Of a stretch of 64,000 bases of DNA, positions 38,182 through 51,226 are shown one piece after another. Position numbers and translations under genes: made by a program. A model generated the notes under the pieces. It saw only the letters and a program-made list of their open reading frames with translations. It was not told where the DNA came from and ran no database searches. The first letter of the stretch is position 1. Each line of letters opens with the position of its first letter. The stretch is taken from assembly GCF_006345805.1 (NCBI RefSeq), contig NC_043001.1:41912001-41976000 (forward strand). The letters are read 5' to 3'. This stretch comes from Octopus sinensis. Taxonomy: Eukaryota.

Positions 38182-40071
38182 CTAAATAGATAAATAATTT
38201 ATAACATTTAATACAATGAAGTGAAATACAAAGAAATTTTCAGGTGAACGGTGTAAATAGTAAAAACAATAATTGTAGAAATATTTCACAAAGAAGCTAA
38301 AAAAAAAAAAAAAAGAAAAACAAAGAAAGGAAGAAATTCTCAATTATTTACATACTGCAAATTTGACAGATATCAAGTCTGAATAAATGAAACAATATTT
38401 CAGTAAATTCAAAATGACAACATCCTGCTTAGTCTTAGTTAGAATAATGAAATACTTACATAGAGTGCACAAGTTGTAACTGACAGTAAGAAAGACATCC
38501 AGTTTTAAAAACCTACGTCAAACCTCATGCGATAAAGTAGTTAGAAACAATATGTCAATAGAACTGTCTTAAGGTACATATAATAGAAGCAGATAAAGAA
38601 ATTAAGGATCTGCTAAAAGAGGACTTTACAAATCACACAGATTTCAGATGTATGGTAAGTTTGGCATATTGCAAATCTATCCAGCCTATATAAACATAGA
38701 AAAAAGATGTATGGTATGATGATAATGATGATGTCTACATTGCAACACACATACATGCACACTAATAAATGATGATAGAGATGGAAAAATTATGTACTGT
38801 GTTTACATACAATCTGAAAAGTAGTCTTGCTCAGTATACAGAAAGGGAGTAGCCAGAAACTTGTCTATCCATTGCAAACAATGAATAGAAGATGCAGTTG
38901 TACTGCTGGTATGCTGAAAAAGCCAGTGCTAAATGTTAACAGTAAGAGCACCATTAAATTGGTCCGTGAACTGCTTGCTGAACACACAGGACTAGTTTCT
39001 GTTACTTAGCTGATAGCGAAAGCATGACTAGAGTGATGGATGAAGTTCATGTCACAGTTATCTCTGTTAGTTACAAAGAGTTTCACTTTCCATGTATAAA
39101 AAAAGTATATGAAGTATGTATAAAAGTGTGATGCTGCATGGCAGTGAGACAAGGTTATTGAATGTGGATGATCTGTAGAGGCTGGAGAGAAATAAGGTGG
39201 ACATGATCTATTGAATGTTAACTTTCATAATAAAAATTTTTTTAAAAAGAGCACAAGTGAGCTGAGAGAGCAATTGGGCATTAAATGAATCTATTAATTT
39301 ATGTCAGATAGAGGTTTGCTTTGGTAAGAAATGGATGAATAGTTCATGTTGAAAGAAGGCTGATAATGTGAGTGAAATATTTAGAGCAGAGCAAAATCAA
39401 TAGAGGCAAAGAAAGAAATTACAAGGTCAGATTCCTGGATTAATAGGTTTCATGGATGAGATAGCAAAAGATTTCAGTAAATGACAATGTGTCTTAAAGC
39501 AAACCTATAAATGTACAGAAAAACATATTAAAATAAGGATGATAGCAATAATGATTCCAATATGAATATAATCAGAGCCAACTATGCATCACACTTGCTC
39601 AAACCCACTCGATGTACCTGCAATTGTTATCTTCTGGACAACAAAAGAACAAAACAAACAGTAGACCTGTTCAACCCATTCCAACACAAAAACAAATTTT
39701 TGAATGAGGATTTCCCACCACTAATTATCTGCAAGCACATCCCAATATGCTTTGTAGTTCAGGCAAAATTATAAGACCACACTCAAAATTCCTATGACTA
39801 GTTTACTGGACAGCCATATATAGTGTAAGCAGCATAAACTTATTATTTACAATGCAGGGTTAATGAACCTTCAATTTTATGCAATTCTTAGATTATTTCT
39901 TTTGCATTCAGCCGTAGCTTGTACTTTCTAAGAATATGTAGTTGTTAGGAGTAATGTCAAGCCTAAGTATCAAACTATAGATAAAAAAATAATTTTATAT
40001 TATCAGTATTTAAATAAAATTTTTTTTTAATATGTAACTAAAACAAACAAAAAAAAAGGAAAAATACTTAC

Positions 40072-40205
40072 GGAGCCCATTCTATAGGTTCCATTTTAAT
40101 GGCTGCATAGATTTGGCGAAGGTCTTCTTTTGGAAAGTTATCTCCATCATTCAGTTCACACAAATTTTCTATGAACTCATTACAGTTCATCTTCCGGCCA
40201 ACATT
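40072..40205 (-). CDS. PSD: PSD/EFA6 exon, end of Sec7 domain (134 nt)
   Basis: ctattctag..gtaagt. Translates NVGRKMNCNEFIENLCELNDGDNFPKEDLRQIYAAIKMEPIEWA; phase 0 to phase 2, consistent with its neighbours. Confidence 0.95.
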
Positions 40206-41437
40206 CTAGAATAGATTTGGATTAGAACATTCAACAGTTTTTATTTCTCATTACCTCTCTCTTTGACATACACTTAATTATGTAATTTTATTTATGCTTT
40301 TTTCTTTCTTTCTTTCTTCCTTTTTTTTTTGTAGTCTGAAGCCTTTCAGGAAAATATGAGCAAAAAGAAAGTTTAAGGTTTTCAGTTCTAGATGAAAGAG
40401 TATAGGAGACATTTAGCAGAAGGAGAAAGAATAAAGAATCTATTGTTGGGCTTAAGTGATATATTTGTAGCAATAGTGTAAGGGAGAGTGATGACTCAGT
40501 ACATCGGTGAACTTGTGATTGTAGTGTTTGTGTGCTAGTGAATGAACATTCATCAGTCAGTCAGCTGGCCTTTTGGAACAAGTGATCTGATGATGCAAGT
40601 ATGTTAGTCTTGAAGCCATCCAAATCTACACCCACAATAAATTTAAAGATGGAATTTTATATGAAGATGGGCTATGTACAAGATTCATGACATAATCTGG
40701 TTTAGTACTGAGATAGAAAACTAAGATTAGGCAGCAGTGGCATTCTAAAATCTTTCATTGAGAAATTAGACTGATGTCTAGAAGATATTCTTTTACCAGT
40801 TTTGGCTGATGGACTGTGCCTATGCTGGGGCACCAGCTTCAAAGGTTTTTAGTCAATTCTGTCAACTCCAGGATTTTATCATCATTTAATGTCCTTTGTC
40901 CATGCTGGCATGGGTTGGATGGTTTGACTGGGCTGGTGCACTGGAAAGCGGCACCAGACTTCAGTATGTATTTTATCAACCAGAGGAGAATGTTAAAAAG
41001 GCAAAACCCACAGGAAATAAAGAGAGAGAATGTGTCACAAGATACTTGCATCTGATGTACTTGATTCTGCACATCCCACATCAAAACGTCCAAACACACA
41101 CACACAAAATTCTTTACTTTCTGACAACCAAATTTCACTCACAAGGCCTTATGTTTGTGCCATGGAATCAAACCTAGAAACATGTGGCTGCAAAGCAATC
41201 TTCTTCATAATATATACATACCTGTGTCCATGTATATAATATTAAAACAACTAGTAATGATATATATATATAAGCTATATATTAAACTAGAGTTGTATAT
41301 GAAATAAAACAGAAATTATGAACCTTTTATAAAAGTAATGATGCTGCAGTATTTTTATAAATTTTTAACTAGTAGTAGATTGTGTATTTTAGGCCATATT
41401 TCTTTAGAGGTTCAACTGGACTTCTACTAATGCTTTA

Positions 41438-42239
41438 TGAGGAGGTACTCAAAAGTAACCAGAAATGTTCTCTGTGGGACAAGCCTGTTGTGGGTCAGGC
41501 TTCTGTTGTTAGAAGCCACTTGATGTGACACTCAGGCATCAGTTGCTGACCAGCTGCATCTTCTGAAGTCGTATTGTCACATGGTGCTTCTATGAAATTC
41601 TGTTTTCAGCTGGGGAAAACAAGCAGCTGAAACAGTAGTTATGCTTCAAACAGCTTTCAAGGATGCTGCCATGAGCAAAACACAAGTTTATGAGTAGTTT
41701 TCCTACTTTAGGAATGGTCACTTCTTGCCTGAAGACCAACCTCATTCAGGGCAACTGTTCACCTCCCAAATGAATGAAAACATCATGAAAATTCATGAAC
41801 TAATCTTGGAGGACTCACCAAACAATTGAAAAACTTGTTGGTATGACGGGTGTCTTGGAGCTCCTGCCAACGAATTTTGAGCGAGGAATTGCGAATGAAA
41901 AAAGTTGCCACAAGAGTTGGACATCGCCTTGAGTGTGAGGCAGTTTTTGACCCAAAATGGCATGAACCCACCCTCCCTATTCACCCAATCTTGCTCCCAG
42001 CGACTTTCTTCTTGTTCCCCTAAATGAAAAAAATCCTTAAAGGAAAACGTTTTGCAGATGTGGAAGAGGCAAAGGAAAAAAATGATGGAGGCATTAAAAG
42101 GCATAACTCATAAGAGTTAATGCATCTGGACCTTTGCATTGCTTCAAATGGAGAATACTTTGAAGGTGATAAAAGTGTAAACATGTAAAAGTATAAAATA
42201 ATATTGCAAAATTCTGGTTTTCTGGGGGGTACCTCCTCA
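41438..42239 (+). mobile_element. Internally deleted mariner transposon with TIRs and TA TSD
   Basis: TA tgaggaggtac ... gtacctcctca TA. The interior reads MKFCFQLGKT-AAETVVMLQTAFKDAAMSKTQVYE*F...EDQPHSG (mariner HTH). Shorter than an autonomous mariner. Confidence 0.88.
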
Positions 42240-42835
42240 TATGTTCAATAAATACCTTTAAAACCTTCAAAAGTATCATCCATGTAATAAGTAGGCAATT
42301 TATTACTCTTAACAGTTATAAAAAAAAAAATGAGCTTTAACAAGTACCGTAAAAACCCATGTAAATTGTGCATCTATGTAATTTGCGCAAGTGATTTTCA
42401 GGATAAAAATTGTTAAAAAAAGCTTCTACCCATGTAAAATTCGCACCCAAAAGTTTTCAGAATTGCTGATATGGTGAGGGGGAAAAGGTTTTCAATTTAG
42501 TTGTATTTAGCATAATTTCACTTATGATTAGATTTTATTAAATTTTCATTAAATAAAAATAATTTCTGTTTAACAGATATCACATTAAGAGCTACTAAAT
42601 TACAAAGTGTTTGTGTTGTCTATATAAATAAAATTGGTTTCACAGGACTGACATGTGTCAGTCCGTTTTACTCACTCAGTATACCCTCTTTCTCCTCCCT
42701 TATGAGACTGACAATGGCAGTCTGTTTTAGCTACTCGGTATACCCTCCTCCTCATTCAATGTTAGCATTCCAATAATAAAAATAAATGAATGAAAAATAT
42801 TACGCTGATTGTGTATATGTTTGTGTGTGTGTGCG

Positions 42836-43035
42836 TAACTGTATGAGATTGTGTGTGTTTGTAGGTGCATGTAACTGTATGAGACTGTGTGTTTGTGTGC
42901 ATGCATGCACCTGTATGAGACTGTGCTTGTGTGTGTTTGTGTGTGCACGCATCTGTATGAGACTGTGCACGTACCTGTGTGAGACTGTGTGTGCACATGC
43001 ACGTACCTGTATGAGACTGAGTGTTTATGTGTCAC
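42836..43035. repeat. TG-rich minisatellite with conserved CTGTATGAGACTG-like core (6 units)
   Basis: The core recurs six times, separated by variable-length (TG)n/tgcac spacers. Confidence 0.85.
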
Positions 43036-43144
43036 TGCATAACCAGAAATAATTGAAGTATTATTTTACAAATTGTGAGCATATGTATATGATATAATAA
43101 AGGAAATTGTTATATACAGTACTCAGGTGCACTACAACTAAAAA

Positions 43145-43330
43145 AAAAATAGAAGCCATCAGGTGTACTGTTGGCAGATTTCATGGACGCATGGAAGTTT
43201 TGAAGGATGTAGTGTCTCAACAGCTTATTCCATGCTTCAGCAATTCTGAGCGTGAAAGTCATGGGTGCTGTGTTGTTTTTTGATTTTATAAGCATGTCAG
43301 TGAGTGTTTGTCATATGGAATTCAAAAAGG
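43145..43330 (-). mobile_element. CR1-type LINE 3'-end fragment
   Basis: Minus strand reads FTLRIAEAWNKL, resembling the CR1 terminal 'F..R....WN.LP' motif. Confidence 0.55.
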
Positions 43331-44031
43331 TGCCCAAGGTTATTGTTGTTGGAAATATGGTGGTTAAACTTGTTTATAATAAACTATTTTATATTTTTTT
43401 CCCACAAGAGATTATGTATGATCTTTATCATACTGCTGTATGTCTTCTCAAACCATGATCACAGGAAAAGTTGTTGATAAGAATTATCAACAAAAAAACA
43501 AAGCTGATAAATATGCACAGGTGTTGCAAATTAAGTTTAATTACCAATAAACATCAGCTTGGATAGCACTTTACTCAACCAAGTAAAATATGTAAAAAAA
43601 GTAGTTAACCATTTAATGGTTTTAGCAAATTTATACAGAAAAAGTAAGCATTATACCATCCAGCTTAAATAAAAGTCAATTTCATTATATTTAAGCCCTT
43701 TAAATAATCAACTTCCAGCATGAATGTTTATGATCTGTACATCTTTTTCCAACAAAAAAATTTCTAAAAAAATTCTGGAAACAATCTACTCATGTAACTT
43801 ATGCACCCACTAAAGTTTATTTTTATTTTTCCCCCCCAAAAAAGTGTGTAAATTACATGGGTTTTCATGGTAAATATCTACAATTAAAGAAATTTAAATA
43901 ATATAGTTACATCTAGAAACATCTATGTGAAATACCTCAGGTAAAAACTTATTCTTTTAACCATGTGAACATTTTTACTTCATAAATTTGAAAACATTCT
44001 ATATAAGTATCCATATATAATTTAATTTTAC

Positions 44032-44090
44032 CTGGCCATGAAGATCTGTGTTTAACAACATTATTGCACATGTTAAGGTGTGACAGGCAT
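44032..44090 (-). CDS. PSD: PSD/EFA6-family ARF6 GEF, Sec7 motif-2 exon (59 nt)
   Basis: Minus strand taatttgcag..gtaaaa. Translates (D)[19 protein letters not shown], the Sec7 'MLNTDLH' motif in its PSD form. Confidence 0.95.
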
Positions 44091-45237
44091 CTGCAAATTA
44101 AAAAAAAAAGTGATTTAACAACAATAATAATTATAGTTTCTTGCATAGTAATCAAGGAAAAAAGATTGTGATGTTCATGATTATATAATGCTCATGCTTT
44201 GTATGATAAACTGAGCAGTTGTAATGAGATTTTAGAAGGTAATGGTCAGGTTATAGAGCTTATGCACTTCATGAGCATTATTAATTCAATAGTTTCAACA
44301 GGAACAACCATTTCAAAAAACAAACTTAAAAAAATCCAAATTAATCATTATTTGCTCCATTTAAATTTCATCAAGAACTTGCTCCTGATATTTTACAAAC
44401 AGTAATATCAAATTTTTAAAATTCCTTCTCAGTTGTTCCTTCATGCCTATATTTGGAGGGTTCTTCTTTCAGGCAGATACATTTGTATACTCCTTTAGCA
44501 AATAGTTGCAGAAAAAGCCTAAGATTAAAAATGACTGACTGACATTTTTTAGATTTACTATTATAGATCACTGAGTTTTATGGGCTTATATAGATAGTAG
44601 CTACTCAGTATTTGAATACCAAACTAAAATTAACCTTCCATATTACTTCATTAGTTGGAAGTCATCAAATTAGCATACCAAATCCAGAACTAATAGTCCC
44701 AATAGTCCAAACAAAGCAGTGCTAAGAAAAATTTTATAAACATGAATACTTCCATATCTAATAGTTTGCTTTAATTCTTCAGGGAGCTTTTCTAAATCTT
44801 TTCACATAATCAACAAAAGTTTCTTCTAATTACTCATATTCAGTGAATTATTTAATTTTTCTTTTTAAACAGTAAATTTTTTCGCAAACAACAAGCAATG
44901 CATGAAGCAATAGGTTATATATTCCATCAATCTAATCAACAAAAAGACTTTCTTTAATCAACAAAAAGACTATCTTTCTTCATTGTTCTATTACAGTATC
45001 ATAGAAAAAAGTAATTAAAATAAAAGTTTATCCTACTCTTTAAAATGGCCTTGCTTTTCATTTAATAGATTTACCTTAAAAATTTATCTATCCTAATAAG
45101 ATATATTACGAGGTTTCCACCTGAATGTCTATCTCTAACTCATTTTTTGTCTGTCAGTGTATTCCAATTTTGTTAGATGTTAGAAAAAGTGTTTTAGTAC
45201 AATCTACTCTCTCCATCAGTCACTCTCTAACTTGAAT

Positions 45238-45490
45238 ATCATCATCATCATTTAATGTCTGTTGTCCATGCTAACATGGATTGGACGGCTTGACTGGGCT
45301 GGTATGCTACACTGGACTCCAGTCTGATTTGGCATGGTTTTCTACAGCTGGATATCCTTCCTAATGCCAATAACTCTGAGTGAAATGGATGCTTTTATGT
45401 CCCACTGGCACCAGGGTGCATTTATGCGCCATGACTGCAATTTTGCTTGGCTTGATGGGTCTTCTCAAGTAGGACATAATGCCAAAGGTT
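45238..45490 (-). mobile_element. RTE LINE 3' UTR/tail fragment
   Basis: catcatcatcatttaatgtc...ccatgctaacatggattggacgg matches 31738-31900. Confidence 0.75.
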
Positions 45491-45817
45491 TAAGAAAAAC
45501 AAACCACTTTTAGTTATTCAGCCTCAGAATCTCTCCTCTTTCTTCTAAATTGATCTGGTTTCTGGGGGATTGTGTGTTTTCTTTCAGCTGTTCAGCTATC
45601 TTATCCAACATTGAGAACATATATCTCAACTCCCACTACATTCCGAAGTCATATTCTCTGTGATTCAATCCTCACAGCTCTTCTTGAATCTTGGACCAGC
45701 TCCAAACTATTTGCAATTCTGAACATTTTGAACCAGTAAGTATCTTTACCTACTGTATGTCTAACTGGTCCAAGATGGATAGGTACAGACACTTTATGCT
45801 AAATCAGATATCTATTA

Positions 45818-46204
45818 TCTTACTTGTTTCAGTCATTTGACTGTGGCCATGCTGGAGCACCGCCTTTAATCGAGCAACTCGACCCCGGGACTTATTCTTT
45901 TGTAAGCCCAGTACTTATTCTATCGGTCTCTTTGCCGAACCGCTAAGTAACGGGGACATAAACACACCAGCATCGGTTGTCAAGCAATGCTAGGGGGACA
46001 AACACACACACGCATATATATATATATATATACATATATACGACGGGCTTCTTTCAGTTTCCATCTACCAAATCCACTCATAAGGCTTTGGTCGGCCCGA
46101 GGCTATAGTAGAAGACACTTGCCCAAGATGCCACGCAGTGGTACTGAACCCAGAACCATGTGGTTGGTTAGCAAACTACTTACCACACAGCCACTCCTGC
46201 GCCT
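45818..46204 (-). mobile_element. tRNA-derived SINE (family A), full length, relatively young
   Basis: Retains many CpGs; head aggcgcaggagtggctgtgtggtaagtag, B-box-like gggttcagtacc, tail cagcatggccacagtcaaatgactgaaacaagtaag. Confidence 0.88.
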
Positions 46205-46399
46205 ATATGCACTGCTTCTAAGCAGAAATATCTCAAAAATATTTTTCAATGTTTCCATGAACAGATTTCTGAAACATGTTTTGATGTACACAGAATAAAT
46301 ACCTACTCTCCTTCAATAGCAACAACACATAAACAATACATGAACATTACTTGTTCAAAAAGTAATGCAGAAGTGAATGTAACATTTTTTTTATGGACT

Positions 46400-46950
46400 A
46401 ACATATTTTCAAATTGCAAATGTGGGAAGAGTGACTCTTGCTTTATGGTAACTTTTCTTCGTGTTTTCCACTGTAAGCAAGTAATGGGTTCCAAGCAGAA
46501 GCAACATGCTGTCATTGAGTTTTTGATGAAGAGGAAATCGAGGCTTTCTGACATCCACAGAAGGTTACAGGTTATTTACAGAGATAACCCCACTGGCAAG
46601 AGAAATGTGCACAGATGGATGAAGAAGTTTAAAGAAGCAGAAACCAGTGTTGAAGACCAACCCAGCAATAGGAGACCATCAACAGCAACCACTGATGTCG
46701 ATCACTGAGAAGCAGATAAAATGATTCATGTGGACAGTTGAGTCACAAACCATAAGCTTGTTGCGCAACTGAACTGTTATCACAATGCATTATAGAAGAT
46801 GGTAGAAAACGTTAGAGTAAGGAAAATGTGAGGGAGTTGACACATGATTTGAAGAAGAGGAGGGTGGAAGTTTACTCTGATCTGTGGGAAGAATTTGAAG
46901 CCAAGGAAAGTATACTTGGATCCAGTGCCAGGTGATGAAATTAGCCAATG
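46400..46950 (+). mobile_element. Mariner transposase N-terminal fragment
   Basis: ORF 46340..46708 reads KQHAVIEFL...DIHRRLQVIY...NVHRWMKKFKEAETSVEDQP..RPST (mariner HTH). Confidence 0.8.
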
Positions 46951-48189
46951 CTGGTACCAGTATAGGAACTGCAAATGCACTGTGGAATATTGCCTTGTAA
47001 GGAGAGCTCTGACTGCTATGTTTCTAAGCCTGTTGTAATATTCTCAGGTCACTATATTTTTGTTCACAACACCTGTGAATGATATATTTTCATCAATACC
47101 TAGACATGTGTAGCAGTCTTTGTGTGGAACAGGAGAAATAGATTATGATGCACTGGTTCTGGGTTTAGAGGAATAATTTTCCACATTCAACAATCAAATA
47201 CAAATACTTCTTTTGGCTAAATTCCATTCCTATGTCAGCTGAATATGATATTAATTCCAATTGTTTTGTTGGCATGCAAGCATTTAAACATAGACCTTCA
47301 AGTCACCCACAAAGAAATCATGGATTACATTGGTTATCTCTAGTAATTGCAGACCTTAGCATGTAGGTATTGAATTTTTACACAATAAATTATAACAAAT
47401 TTAATGTCAAAATAAACAGTAGTATGGAAAGGCTATCTCATTGGAATATTCTCTCTGAAATATTTATATCAGAAACAATTGTTCTACTCTCAGTTTTAAG
47501 TGTGTGGATTGTTGCTCAGTTCTTTGTGAGCCTCTCATTGGCTTAACTAAGGTTGCAGACCCTTATGCCAAATGCAAAGACTTCAGCAACTATGAGTGGG
47601 GGAACTGAGTTGAATGCTTTCTTGCAATCAAGCCACACTGTCACAAGATTCCTGCAGTATTTTCTTACTTCTGACAGTACAGTTTAGTTTATCAAAAGTT
47701 GTACAGCACATTCCCATGCTCCCTTCTTTCCACCTACCTGCTCATCAGTCACTATGTTGTTGGACTCACAATAATTCCAGATGAATTGGCTGAGACAGCT
47801 AGTGTTAAGCTTGTATTCAGGCAAAAAAATGAACCTATAGCTTTCTGCCAAGTTGGTTTCATTCTTGATTAAATTTGTCCTCACTATAGCAAACCAATGT
47901 GATATGTCAATCTGGACTTCTATAGTTCTTTTGAATATACATATTAATGGATTTCTGTAGGTCAACTTATTGTACAAGTATCCAACATTTAAGTCTCTTT
48001 CAGGTGCCTTCCCATTTACCTACAGCTATTGTGAAAGTTTCAGGGTTGATTGTGTATGTTTTACTGTTGATGTTGGCACAGTATTCTGTCTTACATGTGT
48101 TTAGCCATGATGCATTCTGGTTGAAACCTCTCTTTTCTTTCTAGATCTTAGATCAGAATAATTTAAGATGTTCCTGAGAACGTGCTTTC

Positions 48190-48344
48190 TTAACCCTTTA
48201 GCACTGAATCCAACCATGTCCAGCCCAAATATTCATCCTGCTTTATGACCAGATCCTGTCTTTCACACCTACCCTACAATGTCATTTTGGAAATTTACAA
48301 TCACATTTACATTTGACAGAGTAATGTGAATGCTAAAGGGTTAA
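48190..48344. mobile_element. TTAA-flanked piggyBac-like MITE
   Basis: TTAA ccctttagca ... tgctaaaggg TTAA. Confidence 0.85.
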
Positions 48345-48702
48345 TAGTAATGTTTTTCTTGTTTACCTCCTGGTGTAATGCCTGTGCATTGGAAGCAAAC
48401 TTGTGATTTATATTAGCTCGCACAGATATTTTTCTACAATAACGTTTTCACTCAACATTCTGAGTTTGTGCTTTAAAGCAATGAAAAGCTTGGCACGAAA
48501 AAAGTTTTTGGTATTTTTTGTATAAGATTTAACTGGTGAGATATGAACTCATTACTTCTCTTACATTTTATTTTGTGGTTACCCATTCAAAATGGCAGTG
48601 TAGATTGTTGAGATTTCCTGCAATCTTTGTTTTCCACTTGGGTTGTTTTTGTTTAATAATTTCATTATCACATGCAAAGCAGGTTTCTCCAAGGTGTTCT
48701 GT

Positions 48703-48917
48703 AACCCCTTAGCATTCATTACTTAAATGCAATGCTTATTCATTCATATTGTTTTGAATAAGCATGCATTACCTTGTAGCTTAAGGATTTCAATGGTGTA
48801 ATTGTTTATTTTTAGAATGACATTGTAGGGTTGGTGTGAGGTGCTTGATCTGGCTGGTTTGAACATAAGGCAAGAATATTTTGGCTGGATATGGCCAGTT
48901 TAGATGCTAAAGGGTTA
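48703..48917. mobile_element. TTAA-type MITE (TSDs mutated)
   Basis: gtaaccccttagca ... tgctaaagggtta; interior colinear with 58380-58603 and 61004-61231. Confidence 0.8.
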
Positions 48918-50850
48918 TGAGTGATAACAGTTGAGTATAGGAAGGTATTAACTACCAAATAATAATTAACATTATGATTCTGCATTTTCTCTGCAACATC
49001 ATCATTAACTTTTAATATGAAAGCATTAAGTATTTTTCATTAAGAATGCTCTGATACTCAGCAATAACTTACAAAACTGGATATGAACAGTGATTTCAAA
49101 ATGTTCTTAGATAAATACATTCCACAATTGTCTTTGTCAAATCAGTTAAATGCAGAAATGTATGTAAGTTTAATGGTGACAGTAGTGGTTTGTCCACATT
49201 ATTTTCAATCTCTTATGGCAGATTTTGGCTAGTTTTCAGTGTTTTGAGAAGACTGATTATTACAGTTAGCAATTGTCATTTCAACTCTTGTGATGCTAAT
49301 CAATTTTATTTATTTTGCAAAAAGAGATGCTTGTTGCTGAAGCTGTTCTGCTGTAAAATAGTTTGAGTGAGTTACATCCCAATATCTTATTTTTGCTGCT
49401 TCACATTGCTGATAAAAGGGTTATCTCAAGGTTTTTTTTATAGCACCAAAGTAGATCTTGATCAAATGTAAAGTCCAAGAGGTGTGAAAAGAGTACTTAC
49501 ATCATCTTAAACAACTTACACATGATGTAGTATAGCTTCTGTTGGTATCAGTGTTGGTGTTTATTAATATTAGCCATGATCATACATGTGAAATTCCACA
49601 AGGTGTATGATTTATTTTGTAATCCAGTCTAAGTTAGTAAGTAAAAGGTGTTTCTCTTATTCATAATAGACGAAAGAAATCAGTTACTGATTTAGGCTGG
49701 AGGAGTCAGCATAACTGCAGGGAAAAAACCCATTTAAAATGCATTTTTAAATGGTCCTCTATGCCTGCACATTTGATGTCAACAGCATTCTGTATGTGTA
49801 TAAGTGTAAGTGTGTGATCTCCATTCTGTAGATGAACAACACAAAATTGGAAACATCAAATAATAGTCATGTTATCAATGATGATGTCTCATACATATCA
49901 CTGACAAATCTGCATTCCAAATGTTAGAAAGGCCATTTGACTGACAGGCAAAGAATTGTTCACTGACATGCTCCAACCACTCATCACAGACATACAGTTT
50001 CTTAGTTATATGTATTCAACTACAATGGTTTTTGCTTCACTGAACTGCCTACCATCTCTTCTAAGGTATACCAGATGTACCCATTTCTCTTATCTCAAAT
50101 ACCCTGTGTTACATACTATGTTCAATCCCTGCTCATCATATTTGTACAACTGCAAATTACCAGCCCACACTTTTTCTGCAGATATTAAAAAGAAGGTCGG
50201 GCTTAACTACATCAATCTTATCAGTCAAAGAAAGTCTCCACAGATCCTGATTTCTATACCTCTTCCTTGGTTAATTTAAAACTTTCCAATATAAACTATC
50301 AACTGTCAAAATATGTTGTTTATTATTTTATTTGAGGATATGAAGACAAAGGAAATACAGTAACTAATTTAAAGACAACTACTATGATATACATTGTCAT
50401 TCACATCATCACATTTACAGTAAACTAGCATGGGTTGCAGTACTTCCATATGCTTCAAACCTTGTTTGCACCAGCACACCCATACACCAGATACTAATGC
50501 TTACACTGTAACACTGTACTAGCTTTGTGTCTTTCCACCCTTGAATACTTCTCCACTTTATGTGTTTACCTCTTGTGTGCAAAATGAACAGAGGTATACC
50601 ACATGTATTTATTTATCATGTATGTGTTTAATGCTAGAGAAATTCCCTCTCCAAGTTTTCTTTATTACATACAACACACAACATACTGAAAGTAGGATAC
50701 CAAAAAAGAAAACTGTACCATAAAAATTGTGACAAATATAAAGATTTAAATCACAAGAGTGATCAATAGAACTGTGTCATTGAATTCGTAAAAATTATTC
50801 TTTATATATCATTATGGCATAGGTTGGATGGTAATATATAGTGTGTGTGT

Positions 50851-50888
50851 GTGTATGTATGTATATATATATATATATATATATATAA

Positions 50889-50951
<63 letters not shown>

Positions 50952-50952
50952 A

Positions 50953-51003
<51 letters not shown>

Positions 51004-51165
51004 AATATATATATATTATATATATAATATATATATATATATATAATATATAAATATATATATAAATATATATATATATATAATATATATAAATATATAT
51101 ATATATTATATATATATAAATATATATAAAATATATTATATATATATATATAAAATATATTATAT

Positions 51166-51223
<58 letters not shown>
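50851..51223. repeat. Long (TA)n microsatellite with TAAA interruptions
   Basis: Seen directly, about 370 bp almost pure A/T. Confidence 0.97.

Positions 51224-51226
<3 letters not shown>

Larger units (their letters stand above)
42347..43870. mobile_element. TA-flanked pogo/Tc2-like MITE, copy 2, with nested insertions
   Basis: TA ccgtaaaaacccatgtaaatt ... aattacatgggttttcatgg TA. Arms match 263-848 in opposite orientation; it contains a minisatellite and a CR1 fragment. Confidence 0.65.
46960..49450 (-). mobile_element. R4/Dong-like non-LTR retrotransposon fragment, degenerate, interrupted by two MITEs
   Basis: Minus frames give NIVTDEQVGGKKGAWECAVQLLIN..RNLVTVWLDCKKAFNSVP and YTCLGIDENISF, characteristic of R4/Dong-type RT. 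The 5' limit is uncertain. Confidence 0.7.

Noticed and set aside
42836-43035. Repeat-spacer pattern resembling a CRISPR array
   Set aside because: The core is only about 13 nt, spacers are related TG microsatellite sequence, the context is eukaryotic and there are no cas genes.
44410-44520. Possible missing Sec7 exon (minus, LFLQLFAKG...)
   Set aside because: It lacks the GETQERER-like motif, runs into a stop and has no suitable donor.
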